Positions 1-9,151 of a stretch of 64,000 bases of DNA are shown piece by piece. The notes beneath the pieces were generated by a model. That model was not told the origin of the DNA. It did not search any database and worked only from the letters and a program-made list of their open reading frames with translations. Positions within the stretch are counted from its first letter, which is position 1, and every line of letters starts with the position of its first letter. The stretch spans positions 14,083-78,082 of the forward strand of contig CASXBC010000003.1 of assembly GCA_949474265.1 (NCBI GenBank), read 5' to 3'. The translations under genes and the position numbers were made by a program. The stretch is from an uncultured bacterium. Lineage in GTDB: Bacteria; Bacillota; Clostridia; Christensenellales; UBA1242.

Positions 1-423
1 TATATTGAAAATTATTTTGATAAGTATCCAAAGATTAAATTGTTTATGAATGGGAATATTGATTTTGCAAAAGAAAATGGATATATTAAGTCTTATTTCG
101 GAAGAATAAGGCATATCCCAGAAATACAATCTTCAAACATAAATGTAAGGAAATTTGGGGAGAGAGTGGCAATGAATATGCCACTTCAGGGTACTGCTTC
201 TGATATAATCAAAATGGCTATGGTGGAAGTTTTTAAAAAAATGAAGGGGATGAAGAGTCATTTGATTTTGCAAGTGCATGACGAACTTATTATAGATGCA
301 CCAAAAGAAGAGGTGCAGAGTATGAAGGCACTTTTGAGAGATTGTATGGAAAATGTTTGCCATTTTGCTGTTCCACTTACGGTTTCTGTTGAAAGTGGCA
401 AAAATTTGTTTGAATGTAAGTAA
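1..423 (+). CDS. polA: DNA polymerase I, C-terminal end (5' part upstream of window)
   Basis: Frame 1 is open from base 1. The translation carries family-A polymerase motifs (NMPLQGTASDIIK, ILQVHDELIIDAP). Stop at 421-423. Confidence 0.9.
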   Translation, partial: YIENYFDKYPKIKLFMNGNIDFAKENGYIKSYFGRIRHIPEIQSSNINVRKFGERVAMNMPLQGTASDIIKMAMVEVFKKMKGMKSHLILQVHDELIIDAPKEEVQSMKALLRDCMENVCHFAVPLTVSVESGKNLFECK

Positions 424-483
424 AATTAGTTAAAAATGTTGACTAAATTGAGTTAAATAAGATAAAATATGAATGGTGATATA

Positions 484-909
484 ATGCAATATTCAAGAAA
501 AATGGGGTTGGATTTTGGTAAAGCTAGGATTGGTGTGGCATTTTCAGATTTGTCATCAACCATTGCTAGTGCGGACCATATTCGAAAGTCTCAAGGTGAA
601 GAAAATGACTTGACATATTTTGCAAAGCTTATCAACGAAAAATCAGTGGATTTGGTTGTTTTTGGACTCCCACTTAATGCGGATGGTTCTGAAAGTGAAA
701 TGTCATTGGTTGTTAAAGATTTTGCTGAAAAGCTTTCAACAGTTTCTGGGGTCAAAGTTTGTTTTCAAGATGAGAGATATACCTCTTTTGAAGCAGAAGA
801 ATATCTGAAAGAAGCTGGAATAAAATGGGAAAAGAGAAAAGAACTTTTGGACAAGGTCTCTGCACAGATAATATTGCAAAACTATCTTGATGAAAATCCA
901 AATAAATAA
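484..909 (+). CDS. ruvX: Holliday junction resolvase-like / pre-16S rRNA nuclease RuvX (YqgF)
   Basis: MGLDFGKARIGVAFSD N-terminus is typical of YqgF. The ORF opens at 469, but TTGACT-18-TAAAAT (439-468) places the TSS near 475, and GGTGA precedes the ATG at 484. Confidence 0.8.
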   Translation: MQYSRKMGLDFGKARIGVAFSDLSSTIASADHIRKSQGEENDLTYFAKLINEKSVDLVVFGLPLNADGSESEMSLVVKDFAEKLSTVSGVKVCFQDERYTSFEAEEYLKEAGIKWEKRKELLDKVSAQIILQNYLDENPNK

Positions 910-921
910 AGGAGAAATATT

Positions 922-1311
922 ATGGATAAAAACAAATTGAAGCAAATTGAAGAAGTTTCAAAAGAAGTTGAAAAGGAGATTGAAAAAGTTGACATTATTG
1001 ACATTCTTTTGAATGAAGATAACAAAGACCCAATCATTCTTTTGGACAACACAGGGAGAAGATTGACATTTGAACAAATTGCAGTTATTCCTTACAACGA
1101 AAAAATCTATTGTGTTTTGAAGCCAATGGATAAGATTGACAATGTTCAGGATGATGAAGCTATTGTTTTCTACGTTGAAGAAAAAGAAGGTGAAGAACCT
1201 GTTTTGATGGTTGAAACTGATGAGAAAACGGCTATTGATGTTTTTGATGAATACTACAACCTTCTTGATGAAGCAGAAGCTCAAGCTAAAAAGAAATCAA
1301 GCAAGAAATAA
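922..1311 (+). CDS. DUF1292-family small acidic protein
   Basis: 129 aa. LTFEQIAVIPYNEKIYCVLKPMD and DEAIVFYVEE resemble DUF1292, which commonly follows ruvX in Firmicutes. GGAG RBS. Confidence 0.7.
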   Translation: MDKNKLKQIEEVSKEVEKEIEKVDIIDILLNEDNKDPIILLDNTGRRLTFEQIAVIPYNEKIYCVLKPMDKIDNVQDDEAIVFYVEEKEGEEPVLMVETDEKTAIDVFDEYYNLLDEAEAQAKKKSSKK

Positions 1312-1341
1312 TGCAAGTGGATTTTATCAGATTGTTTAATT

Positions 1342-1371
1342 AAGGCACTTTTGTGCCTTTTTTATTTTTTT
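1342..1371 (+). terminator. Rho-independent terminator
   Basis: AAGGCAC-TTTT-GTGCCTT followed by a T-run. Confidence 0.75.
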
Positions 1372-1398
1372 GAGATATTATTTATATTTTAATTTAAT

Positions 1399-1428
1399 TG
1401 AATAATTTCTCTATGTCTGCACAACCTA
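1399..1428 (+). promoter_or_regulatory. Forespore (sigma-G-like) promoter candidate
   Basis: TGAATA-17 nt-CAACCTA compared with the remembered sigma-G consensus TGAATA-N17/18-CATnnTA. Lies about 40 nt upstream of the small ORF. Confidence 0.35.
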
Positions 1429-1468
1429 TTTTTGCAAGGCGGAATTGTCTTGAAAAGGGAGGTAAACT

Positions 1469-1633
1469 ATGTTTGGTAGAAAAAAGTCAGATAATAAGAC
1501 TATGAAGAACTCAAATGTTGAAGCACAAAAAGAAATGACTTCTTCTAAAAAAAGTTCTTCAACTTCTTCAAAGCAACAGTCAAAATCAAGCTGTTGTGGA
1601 AAAAGAGCTGGCACAACAAAATCGTGCAAATAG
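1469..1633 (+). CDS. Small (54 aa) basic Ser/Lys-rich protein with Cys-rich C-terminus
   Basis: Not in the ORF track (<60 aa). Strong RBS GGGAGG 7 nt upstream of the ATG. Product MFGRKKSDNK...SSCCGKRAGTTKSCK. Followed by a terminator. Competes with the unsupported antisense ORF 1426-1662. Confidence 0.55.
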   Translation: MFGRKKSDNKTMKNSNVEAQKEMTSSKKSSSTSSKQQSKSSCCGKRAGTTKSCK

Positions 1634-1650
1634 TTGACTAACCAAAAAAA

Positions 1651-1688
1651 AGAGCTTATCAATAAGGTAAGTTCTTTTTTTATTTTTT
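1651..1688. terminator. Bidirectional Rho-independent terminator
   Basis: AGAGCTTA / TAAGTTCT stem (one G-U pair) flanked by an A-run and a T-run. Lies between convergent genes. Confidence 0.65.
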
Positions 1689-1741
1689 AAATTTTCTAAA
1701 GCTTCAGTTTCTTTATTTGGATTAAATTTAGGAGATTCAGT

Positions 1742-2626
1742 TTAGCTTTCTAAATAGCGATTCCAATTGCTTGGATAAGGGATTTCTATTTTTATTTGTT
1801 TTTGTGTTGTGGGGTGAGTGAATGTGATTTGTTTTAATATTAAAAATGTGTGAAGCTCTGTTTCATTTATGTTGTTTGAATAAATCTTGTCTCCAAGCAG
1901 ACTGTGTCCAATGTGAGAAAGATGTACTCTTATTTGATGTGTTCTGCCGGTTTCAAGTTTTAGCTTTATAAGTGCAAAGTTTTTGTATTGCTTGACTAAA
2001 GTTGCGTGTGTGATGGAGGGTTTTCCATTTGGAGATATTATTCTTTTCATTTGATTTATCCCATTTTCGCTTATAGTGAGAATTGGTGCAATTATGGTTA
2101 TTTCATTTTCGTTGAAGTTGCCATGGCAAAGGGCATAATATGTTTTGTCTATTTTTCCAAGTCTATTATATGCGGATGCAGATTTTGCTGTTATGACGAT
2201 GCCAGCAGTGTCTTTATCAAGTCGATTTACAATTCTTAAGACAAAGTTATCATCTTTATTTTTCATATAATTCATTATTCTTCCACCAAGGTTGTCGTTG
2301 TAATGTGAACGTGTGGGAACGCTTGCTAGAAGGTGTGGTTTGTTGACAATTAAATAATAATCATCCTCATATAAAATGTCCAAAGCTCCGTCACAAGCTA
2401 AAATTTGGCTTGCGTTTTGTGGGTTTGTTAAAACTTGTAGTTTGTCTCCATTTGATAACTTTGCTTTTATTGTGCAATAATTGTCATTGAGAATAAAAGA
2501 TTTTTCATTTTTACGCAGCTCTTTAATTTGGTGTTCAGAAAAATCTTGGGATTTTAGAAAAAAATAAATTGTGTTGTCTTTTAATGAAGATAAATTGTCG
2601 ATTGTGTATGTCTCGTATCTTTTCAT
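1742..2626 (-). CDS. RluA-family pseudouridine synthase
   Basis: 294 aa. HQIRVHLSHIGHSLLGD catalytic-region motif and RLDKDTAGIV. Confidence 0.85.
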   Translation of the reverse strand: MKRYETYTIDNLSSLKDNTIYFFLKSQDFSEHQIKELRKNEKSFILNDNYCTIKAKLSNGDKLQVLTNPQNASQILACDGALDILYEDDYYLIVNKPHLLASVPTRSHYNDNLGGRIMNYMKNKDDNFVLRIVNRLDKDTAGIVITAKSASAYNRLGKIDKTYYALCHGNFNENEITIIAPILTISENGINQMKRIISPNGKPSITHATLVKQYKNFALIKLKLETGRTHQIRVHLSHIGHSLLGDKIYSNNINETELHTFLILKQITFTHPTTQKQIKIEIPYPSNWNRYLES

Positions 2627-2633
2627 AATAAAT

Positions 2634-2661
2634 ATGTTAGCACATCGGCTTTAATTTTCAA
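2634..2661 (-). promoter_or_regulatory. Sigma-A promoter giving a probably leaderless transcript
   Basis: TTGAAA-16-TGcTAACAT, then 7 nt (atttatt) to the ATG. No SD. Confidence 0.45.
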
Positions 2662-2679
2662 AGTTTTTATAAAGATTTG

Positions 2680-2709
2680 TTGACTTGTTTTTGCTGTATG
2701 TGTTAAAAT
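2680..2709 (+). promoter_or_regulatory. Sigma-A promoter of the pheST leader
   Basis: TTGACT-18-TAAAAT. Confidence 0.6.
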
Positions 2710-2714
2710 AAAGT

Positions 2715-2953
2715 TGTTTATAAAAGCGATAATGAAAGACTAGTAAATGTGCAAGTTTCAGTCAGAGAGCCTGTGGTTGCTGAAAATCAGGTATGAAAAG
2801 GTGCATTGAATTCACTTTTTAGCTGAATTCTGAAATTGATAGTAGGAATCTCCGTTTAGCAATACGTAAATTGCAAATAAGTCATCTTTTGATGAGAAGT
2901 TAGGTGGTACCACGACCAAAAATCGTCCTAATATATAGGATGATTATTTTTTT
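2715..2953 (+). promoter_or_regulatory. T-box leader (tRNA-Phe responsive) with terminator
   Basis: AGAGAG at 2764-2769. GAA-UUC-A specifier candidate at 2808-2814. T-box sequence AAGTTAGGTGGTACCACG at 2897-2914. Terminator ATCGTCCTA/TAGGATGAT plus T-run at 2922-2953. Directly upstream of pheS. Confidence 0.9.
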
Positions 2954-2967
2954 ATAAAGGAGCAAAA

Positions 2968-3987
2968 ATGAAAGAAGAACTTAATCAGATTTTGAATGAG
3001 GGGACTGAAGAAATTTCTTCAGCAAGTGATCTTAAAGGTCTTGATGAAATACGTGTAAAATATCTTGGCAAAACAGGAAAGTTGACTCAAATATTGCGTG
3101 GAATGAAAGATGTTTTGGCTGAAGAGAGAAGAGAGATAGGTTCATTGGCAAACAAGGTGAGAGAAAAGATTGAGAGCTTTTTGACAGAAAAGCTTTGTAA
3201 GCTTGAAAATGAAAAACTTTTTGCTGATATGGAAAAAGAAAAAGTTGATATTACTGAGCCTAGTACAGGTACAAAGCGTGGGGCTTTGCATCCTTTGACA
3301 CGCTTCAACAATAAATTTATTGATATTTGTGTTGAAATGGGATTTAGTGTTATTCAAACTCCAGAGATTGAAACAGATTATTACAACTTTGAGGCTTTAA
3401 ATGTGCCTAAAAATCATCCAGCGAGAGATATGCAGGATTCATTGTATATTACTGATTCTATCTTAATGAGAACTCACACTTCTCCAGCGCAGGTAAGGGC
3501 TATGGAGACTCTCAAGCCTCCTTTTAAAATTGTTTGTCCTGGAAGAGTATATAGAAATGATAATGATAGCTCTCACTCTCCAATCTTCAATCAATTTGAA
3601 GCTCTTGTTATTGATGAGAATATTGGTCTTAAGGACTTTATGATTATGGTTAAAGAAATGGCTGTGCGTTTGTATGGCAAAGATGTGAAAATGAGGGTAA
3701 GACCTTCATATTTCCCATTTACAGAGCCTTCAATTGAAATAGATGCAACTTGTCAAATTTGTGGTGGTAAAGGTTGCAATCTTTGCAAGGGTACGGGCTT
3801 TTCAGAATTCTTTGGTGGCGGAATAGTAAATCCTGCCATTTTGGAAATGTCTGGTATTGACAGTACAAAATATTCAGGCTTTGCTTTTGGTCCTGGAATT
3901 GATAGAAGTGTTATGATTACAAACAAGATTCCAAATATTAAATATCTGTTTAGAAATGATATGAAATTCTTGAAGCAGATGAGATAG
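2968..3987 (+). CDS. pheS: Phenylalanine-tRNA ligase alpha subunit
   Basis: 339 aa. Class II aaRS motifs (HPARDMQDS, FPFTEPS, GFAFGPGIDR). Confidence 0.97.
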   Translation: MKEELNQILNEGTEEISSASDLKGLDEIRVKYLGKTGKLTQILRGMKDVLAEERREIGSLANKVREKIESFLTEKLCKLENEKLFADMEKEKVDITEPSTGTKRGALHPLTRFNNKFIDICVEMGFSVIQTPEIETDYYNFEALNVPKNHPARDMQDSLYITDSILMRTHTSPAQVRAMETLKPPFKIVCPGRVYRNDNDSSHSPIFNQFEALVIDENIGLKDFMIMVKEMAVRLYGKDVKMRVRPSYFPFTEPSIEIDATCQICGGKGCNLCKGTGFSEFFGGGIVNPAILEMSGIDSTKYSGFAFGPGIDRSVMITNKIPNIKYLFRNDMKFLKQMR

Positions 3988-3990
3988 AAT

Positions 3991-4040
3991 TGATGTGTTA
4001 TGTTTGCATAATACACTATATACTGTGTATTATGCAATAT
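3991..4040. repeat. Intergenic palindromic element (family copy A)
   Basis: Perfect 13-8-13 inverted repeat TTGCATAATACAC-tatatact-GTGTATTATGCAA at 4004-4037, with a partial third half-site at 3991-4003. Confidence 0.85.
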
Positions 4041-4066
4041 TTAATAAAAATAATGGGAGAAAATAA

Positions 4067-6478
4067 ATGAAAGTTTCTTATAATTGGTTGAAAGATTTTG
4101 TTGATTTAAAAGATGTTTCTGCGGAAGAAGTTGCTGAAAAACTTACAGTTTCTGGTTTTGAAGTTGAAGATATGATTTATCAAAATAAATACCTTCATGA
4201 TGTCTATGTTGGAAATATTAAGAAAATTGAAAGGCATCCAAATGCAGATAAATTGGTTGTGTGCCAAGTTGATTTGGGCGGTAAAAATGTTCAAATTATC
4301 ACCTCTGCAACAAATGTTTTTGAAGGGGCAAATGTGCCTGTTTCGCTTGATGGTGCTGACCTTGCTAATGGTGTGAAAATTAAACCTTCCGCAATGCGTG
4401 GTGTTGTAAGTGATGGAATGTTTTGTTCTGGAGAAGAGCTTGGTATTGATGAGAATTATTTTGAAGGGGCTGGAATTAATGGTATTTTGATTTTGCCTCA
4501 AGATTTTGTTGTTGGTCAAAAAATTGAAGATGCTTTGATGCTTAATGATGTTGTTTTTGATATAAATGTCACTCCAAATCGTCCAGATTGCAACAGTATT
4601 GTTGGTATTGCACGTGAAGTTTGTGCAATCTATGGCAAAAATTTTGTTGAAGCTGATATTTCTTACAAAACAGTTGGAGGAAATGTTGGTGACTATGTTG
4701 CTGTTAAGGTTGAAACGGAAAATTGTCCAAGATATATGGCTGCGTATATTAAAAACATTAAACTTGAAAGGTCTCCTCTTTGGATGAGAAGTAGATTGCA
4801 GGCTGTTGGAATTAAACCAATCAATAACATGGTTGATATCACAAATTATATTCTTGTTGAGCAAGGACAGCCTATGCATGCCTTTGATTATAATTATTTG
4901 GATGGGCATCAAATTGTTGTTAGACAAGCTTCAAAAAATGAAAAAATTGAAGTGCTCAACGGAAATTCTTACAATCTTGATGAGAGTGTGATGGTTATTG
5001 CTGACAAGAATAAACCTGTGGTTATTGCTGGTGTTATAGGAGGCACAAATTCTTGCATTAATAATGATACGAAAGAAACTGTTTTCGAGTGTGCTGTGTT
5101 TGACCTTAAAAGCGTTAGACTAACTGCAAAGAAATTTGGTTTGAGGACTGATTCTTCTGCAAGATATGAAAAAGGTGTAAATGTCAACTCTCCAAAGTTT
5201 TCTCTCAAGCGTGCTTTGCATTTTGTGAGTGCTTTGGGTTGTGGAGAAATTGTTGATAGTGTTGTGGATGTTGTTGCAAAGGGTGTTAAACTTGAACATT
5301 CTGACCAATTGACTTTATCTTATTCAAAGGTTTGTAAAATATTGGGAATAGAAGTTCCGAAAGAGAAAGTTCTTCAAATTTTGAATGGACTTGGAATTGA
5401 AGCATCAATTTCTGGTGATGTTTTGAAGTGTGTTCCTCCATTTGTTAGGGAAGATATTAAAAATGAAAATGACATTGCTGAAGAAGTAATCAGAATTTAC
5501 GGCTATGATGTTTATAATGATGTTGAGGGGATAGCATTTGAAAATTCGGCAACAACAATTGGTCAATATCATCCAAGGCTTGTTATGGAAAATAATTTCA
5601 AAAATGTTTTGGTTGATGCAGGTTTTTATGAAACATTAAATTATTCACTTTACAGTTCTTCGGCTTGCGATAAGTTACTTATTCCTGAAGGGGATGAAAG
5701 AAGAAAGGTTATTAAAATTGCAAATCCAATTAGTGAAGATTTGTCGACGGTGAGAACGGTTATGGCCCATGCTCTGTTGCTGGATATTTCATACAATCTT
5801 TCTGTTGGTAACAAGGATTTGAGATTTTTTGAAGTTGGAAAGGTTTATTTACCAAAAGCTTTGCCGCTTAATGAACTTCCTGTTGAAAACAACAGAATTG
5901 CATTTGCGGTGTGTGAAGCTGGATATGATTTCTTTAAACTCAAGGGGGTTGTTGAAAATATTTTGGTTTTGACATCTGCAAAATATTCAATTGTTCGTTC
6001 GGAAGAGCCATTTTTGCATAGTGGTGTAAGTGCAGATATAATCACTGAAGATGGAAGAAAAATAGGGTGTTTTGGTAAACTTCACAAGCTTGTGACGAAA
6101 AATTATGATATTTCGCAAGAAGTTTATTATGCGGAGCTTGATTGTGATTATCTTGCAGGGCTTGGTGAGAGAAAATATGAAACTAAAGAGGTTTCAAAAT
6201 ATCAGGCTGTTGAGAGAGATATTGCTATTGTTGTTGATGAGAAAGTTACAAATGAACAACTTATTGGTGCAATAAAATCAGCTTGTGGAAAAACTTTCTA
6301 TGATGTTCAATTGTTTGATGTTTACAGAAGTGAACTTTTGGGTAAGGATAAGAAGAGTTTGGCTTATAAAATTGTCTTTATGTCTGATGAAAAGACTTTG
6401 ATAAGTGAAGAGATTAATGCCTTGGTTAATAAGGTTTTGAAGAGTCTTGAATTTAGATTTGGTGCAAAACTTAGATAG
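4067..6478 (+). CDS. pheT: Phenylalanine-tRNA ligase beta subunit
   Basis: 803 aa. N-terminal tRNA-binding domain, B3/4 and B5 regions. Follows pheS. Confidence 0.97.
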   Translation: MKVSYNWLKDFVDLKDVSAEEVAEKLTVSGFEVEDMIYQNKYLHDVYVGNIKKIERHPNADKLVVCQVDLGGKNVQIITSATNVFEGANVPVSLDGADLANGVKIKPSAMRGVVSDGMFCSGEELGIDENYFEGAGINGILILPQDFVVGQKIEDALMLNDVVFDINVTPNRPDCNSIVGIAREVCAIYGKNFVEADISYKTVGGNVGDYVAVKVETENCPRYMAAYIKNIKLERSPLWMRSRLQAVGIKPINNMVDITNYILVEQGQPMHAFDYNYLDGHQIVVRQASKNEKIEVLNGNSYNLDESVMVIADKNKPVVIAGVIGGTNSCINNDTKETVFECAVFDLKSVRLTAKKFGLRTDSSARYEKGVNVNSPKFSLKRALHFVSALGCGEIVDSVVDVVAKGVKLEHSDQLTLSYSKVCKILGIEVPKEKVLQILNGLGIEASISGDVLKCVPPFVREDIKNENDIAEEVIRIYGYDVYNDVEGIAFENSATTIGQYHPRLVMENNFKNVLVDAGFYETLNYSLYSSSACDKLLIPEGDERRKVIKIANPISEDLSTVRTVMAHALLLDISYNLSVGNKDLRFFEVGKVYLPKALPLNELPVENNRIAFAVCEAGYDFFKLKGVVENILVLTSAKYSIVRSEEPFLHSGVSADIITEDGRKIGCFGKLHKLVTKNYDISQEVYYAELDCDYLAGLGERKYETKEVSKYQAVERDIAIVVDEKVTNEQLIGAIKSACGKTFYDVQLFDVYRSELLGKDKKSLAYKIVFMSDEKTLISEEINALVNKVLKSLEFRFGAKLR

Positions 6479-6485
6479 TGTATTT

Positions 6486-6530
6486 TGTGTGAGTTATGCA
6501 AAATTTCTGTGCATATTACACAATATAATG
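6486..6530. repeat. Intergenic palindromic element (family copy B)
   Basis: TGTGTGAGTTATGCA (6486-6500) / TGCATATTACACA (6510-6522), then AATATAATG. Confidence 0.7.
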
Positions 6531-6537
6531 AGGATGT

Positions 6538-7659
6538 ATGATTTATTTAGATAATGCAGGAACAACAAAAATGTTTGAAGAGTGCTTAAGTGTTCACAAG
6601 ATTTTCTCTTGCGAAAATTTCTTTAATCCTTCTGCATTGTCTAATGAATCTTTGCAAGTTGAAAAATGTATTAAAAGTGCAGAAAGCTTCATTTTGGAAA
6701 AACTTGGGGCAAGTGAAGGTAATGTGATTTTTACAGGTTGTGCAACTGAAAGCAACAATCTCGCAATCAAGGGGATGTTTAGAAGTGGAGATTGGGAGTA
6801 TGTTTTTTCTGCTGGAGAGCATCCTTCTGTTTTTAATGTTGCAAAAAAAATGGAGCTGGATGGAGTTAAGGTGAAATTTGTGCCTTTAAATCAAAAAGGG
6901 CAAGTTGATTTGGTGGAGTTGGAAAAAAAATTAACAAATAAAACCAGGATTATAAGCATTATGCATGTAAGTAATGAAACGGGTGCAATAAATGATTTGG
7001 AAGCTATTTCAAAATTGAAGGTGAAAATTTGCCCTCGTGCTATTTTGCATGTTGATGGTGTGCAGGGGTTTATGAAAATACCTGTTATGCTTAAGAGGAC
7101 TTTGGTTGACTTGTATTCTTTTAGTGGTCATAAAATTCATGGCCCAAAGGGTGTTGCTGGTCTTTATGTTAAGAAGAAAGAGAATCTTAAGGAGCTTTTT
7201 CAAGGGGGAGGGCAACAGTTTGGGGTGCGTTCTGGCACGGAAAATGTTTCTGGAATTATGCAATTGAAAAAAGCTATTGAACTCATTGATGAAAAAAACA
7301 ATTATGAACACGTAAAGCTGTTAAAACAGAAATTTATAGAAGGAGTTTCTGTTGAGAGTGGTGTTGAGTGTGTGGATTTTGAGGGTTCTCCTTACATATT
7401 AAATGTGGTTTTTAATGGAGTTAAAGGGGAAACTGTGCTTCATGCTTTGAATCAAGCTGGTGTTATTGTTGGGCTTGGGAGTGCTTGTTCTGCAAAAAAA
7501 GCAGGAAATCGTGTTTTGCAGGAAATTGGTTTTTCTAAAGAGAAAATTATTTCTAGTGTGAGGGTAAGTTTTAATGCTTATCAGACTTTGGAAGAGATTG
7601 AAAAGTCTTCGCAGATTGTGGTTGATGTTTATCGAAATATAAGAAGTAGGGTGTCATAA
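6538..7659 (+). CDS. Cysteine desulfurase (class V aminotransferase), ThiI-partner type
   Basis: 373 aa. PLP-lysine motif SGHKIHGPKG and active-site GSACSA. Abuts thiI (1-nt gap). Confidence 0.9.
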   Translation: MIYLDNAGTTKMFEECLSVHKIFSCENFFNPSALSNESLQVEKCIKSAESFILEKLGASEGNVIFTGCATESNNLAIKGMFRSGDWEYVFSAGEHPSVFNVAKKMELDGVKVKFVPLNQKGQVDLVELEKKLTNKTRIISIMHVSNETGAINDLEAISKLKVKICPRAILHVDGVQGFMKIPVMLKRTLVDLYSFSGHKIHGPKGVAGLYVKKKENLKELFQGGGQQFGVRSGTENVSGIMQLKKAIELIDEKNNYEHVKLLKQKFIEGVSVESGVECVDFEGSPYILNVVFNGVKGETVLHALNQAGVIVGLGSACSAKKAGNRVLQEIGFSKEKIISSVRVSFNAYQTLEEIEKSSQIVVDVYRNIRSRVS

Positions 7660-7660
7660 G

Positions 7661-8833
7661 ATGAAAAAAGTTTTATTGTTGAAGTTTGGAGAGTTGTTTC
7701 TTAAGGGGAAAAATAGGCATGAATTTTTGAAAATGCTTATGAAAAACATCTCAAAAAAACTTGCTGGATATCAGTTTAGGCTTGATGAAACTCAAGGAAG
7801 ATTGATTTTGTCGCAGTATGAAGAAGAGTTGGAAGATGATATAATAGAAAAAGTCCAAAAAGTCTTTGGGCTTATTGCTGTTATGCCTGCATTAGAATTT
7901 GATGCAACGCTTGAAAATATTGAACAGAGAGTTTTGGATTTGGATTTTGGCGACTCAAAAACTTTTAAAGTTGAATCAAAACGTGCTGACAAAAGATTTG
8001 CAATGACTTCAATGGGGCTTAATGCACATATTGGTGGGGTTATACTTGACAAGTTTGATTGGTTAAAAGTTGATTTATACAATCCTGATGTTGTTGTAAA
8101 TATTGAAATTAGAGTGAATGGAAAAGCTTATCTATATAATAAGTTGATAGAATGCTGTGGCGGACTTCCGCTTGGCAGTGCTGGGAAAGGGTTGTTGCTT
8201 CTTTCTGGTGGGATTGATAGTCCGGTTGCTGGCTATATGATGTCCAAACGAGGGCTTGAAATTGAGGCTGTTCATTTTCATTCTTATCCATACACGAGCG
8301 TTCAGGCAAAAGAAAAAGTGCTTCAGCTTGCAAAAGAGATTTCTGAATATTGTGGAGATATAAAATTGCATGTTATTTCTTTTACTGAGATTCAAGAAGA
8401 AATCCACAAAAATTGTGACCCAGAATACATGATAACAATCATGAGAAGAATAATGATGAGGATTGCTGAAAAGTTGTGTAAGCAAAATAATCTGGGGGCT
8501 ATAATTACCGGAGAGAGCTTGGGGCAGGTTGCTAGCCAAACTATGCAAAGCATGACTGTAACAAATGCTGTTGTTTCACTACCTGTGTTTAGACCTGTGC
8601 TTGCTTTTGATAAAGAAGAGATAATGGATATTGCAAAAAGAATTGGAACTTATGAAACTTCAATTTTGCCTTATGAAGATTGCTGTACTGTTTTTCTTCC
8701 AAAAAATCCTGTTATTAGACCTACAATTGCGAGGGCTGAATATAATGAAAGTTTTTTGAATGTAGACGCTCTTGTTGAGCAGGCGGTTAATAATGAAGAG
8801 ATTATATATATAAGAAGTGGCAAAGATTATTAA
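7661..8833 (+). CDS. thiI: tRNA 4-thiouridine synthase ThiI
   Basis: 390 aa. THUMP-like N-terminus and PP-loop SGGIDSPVA. Confidence 0.93.
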   Translation: MKKVLLLKFGELFLKGKNRHEFLKMLMKNISKKLAGYQFRLDETQGRLILSQYEEELEDDIIEKVQKVFGLIAVMPALEFDATLENIEQRVLDLDFGDSKTFKVESKRADKRFAMTSMGLNAHIGGVILDKFDWLKVDLYNPDVVVNIEIRVNGKAYLYNKLIECCGGLPLGSAGKGLLLLSGGIDSPVAGYMMSKRGLEIEAVHFHSYPYTSVQAKEKVLQLAKEISEYCGDIKLHVISFTEIQEEIHKNCDPEYMITIMRRIMMRIAEKLCKQNNLGAIITGESLGQVASQTMQSMTVTNAVVSLPVFRPVLAFDKEEIMDIAKRIGTYETSILPYEDCCTVFLPKNPVIRPTIARAEYNESFLNVDALVEQAVNNEEIIYIRSGKDY

Positions 8834-8875
8834 AATCTTTTGACATAAAAGCTTGATTTGAAACAAATAGTTTTG

Positions 8876-8910
8876 TACCATGGCTTGTGGGTCATGGTTT
8901 TTTTTTGTTT
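8876..8910 (+). terminator. Rho-independent terminator
   Basis: ACCATG...CATGGT stem followed by a 9-T run. Confidence 0.6.
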
Positions 8911-9001
8911 TTCCTTTAAGGGAGGGTGTTGTATGTATATTGATTTATATTTATAGATTTTGATTTTATAAATTTTCATAAAGTTAAATTTTTATAAAAA
9001 A

Positions 9002-9083
9002 TGTATGAATAAATATACAAAAAACACTTGCATAATTATAAATTTTATTGTATAATAATCAAAAATGTATGAATATTCATAAA
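9002..9083 (+). promoter_or_regulatory. argR promoter flanked by two ARG-box-like operators
   Basis: TTGCAT(9028-9033)-17-TATAAT(9051-9056). Boxes TGTATGAATAAATATACA (9002-9019) and TGTATGAATATTCATAAA (9066-9083). The latter holds the perfect palindrome TATGAATATTCATA. Confidence 0.65.
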
Positions 9084-9151
9084 TTTATATTTATGCAAAA
9101 AGCTCTACATGTCCCTAAAATAAAGGGATGTAGCGATTAAGGAGATGCGGA

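Noticed and set aside
1426-1662. 78-aa minus-strand ORF in the DUF1292-rluA gap.
   Set aside because: It has no RBS or promoter. The opposite strand carries a 54-aa ORF with a strong GGGAGG RBS, a promoter candidate and a terminator, which explains the open frame better.
4106-4927. 273-aa ORF antisense to pheT. Similar long antisense ORFs occur at 17711-18616 (in tig), 19227-19844 (clpP/clpX), 29656-30081 and 29679-30035 (hslU), and 8132-8548 (thiI).
   Set aside because: Each lies fully inside a confidently identified conserved gene on the other strand. Their products are low-complexity and rich in N/I/F/K, as expected from reverse-complemented AT-rich coding sequence. None has an RBS or promoter.
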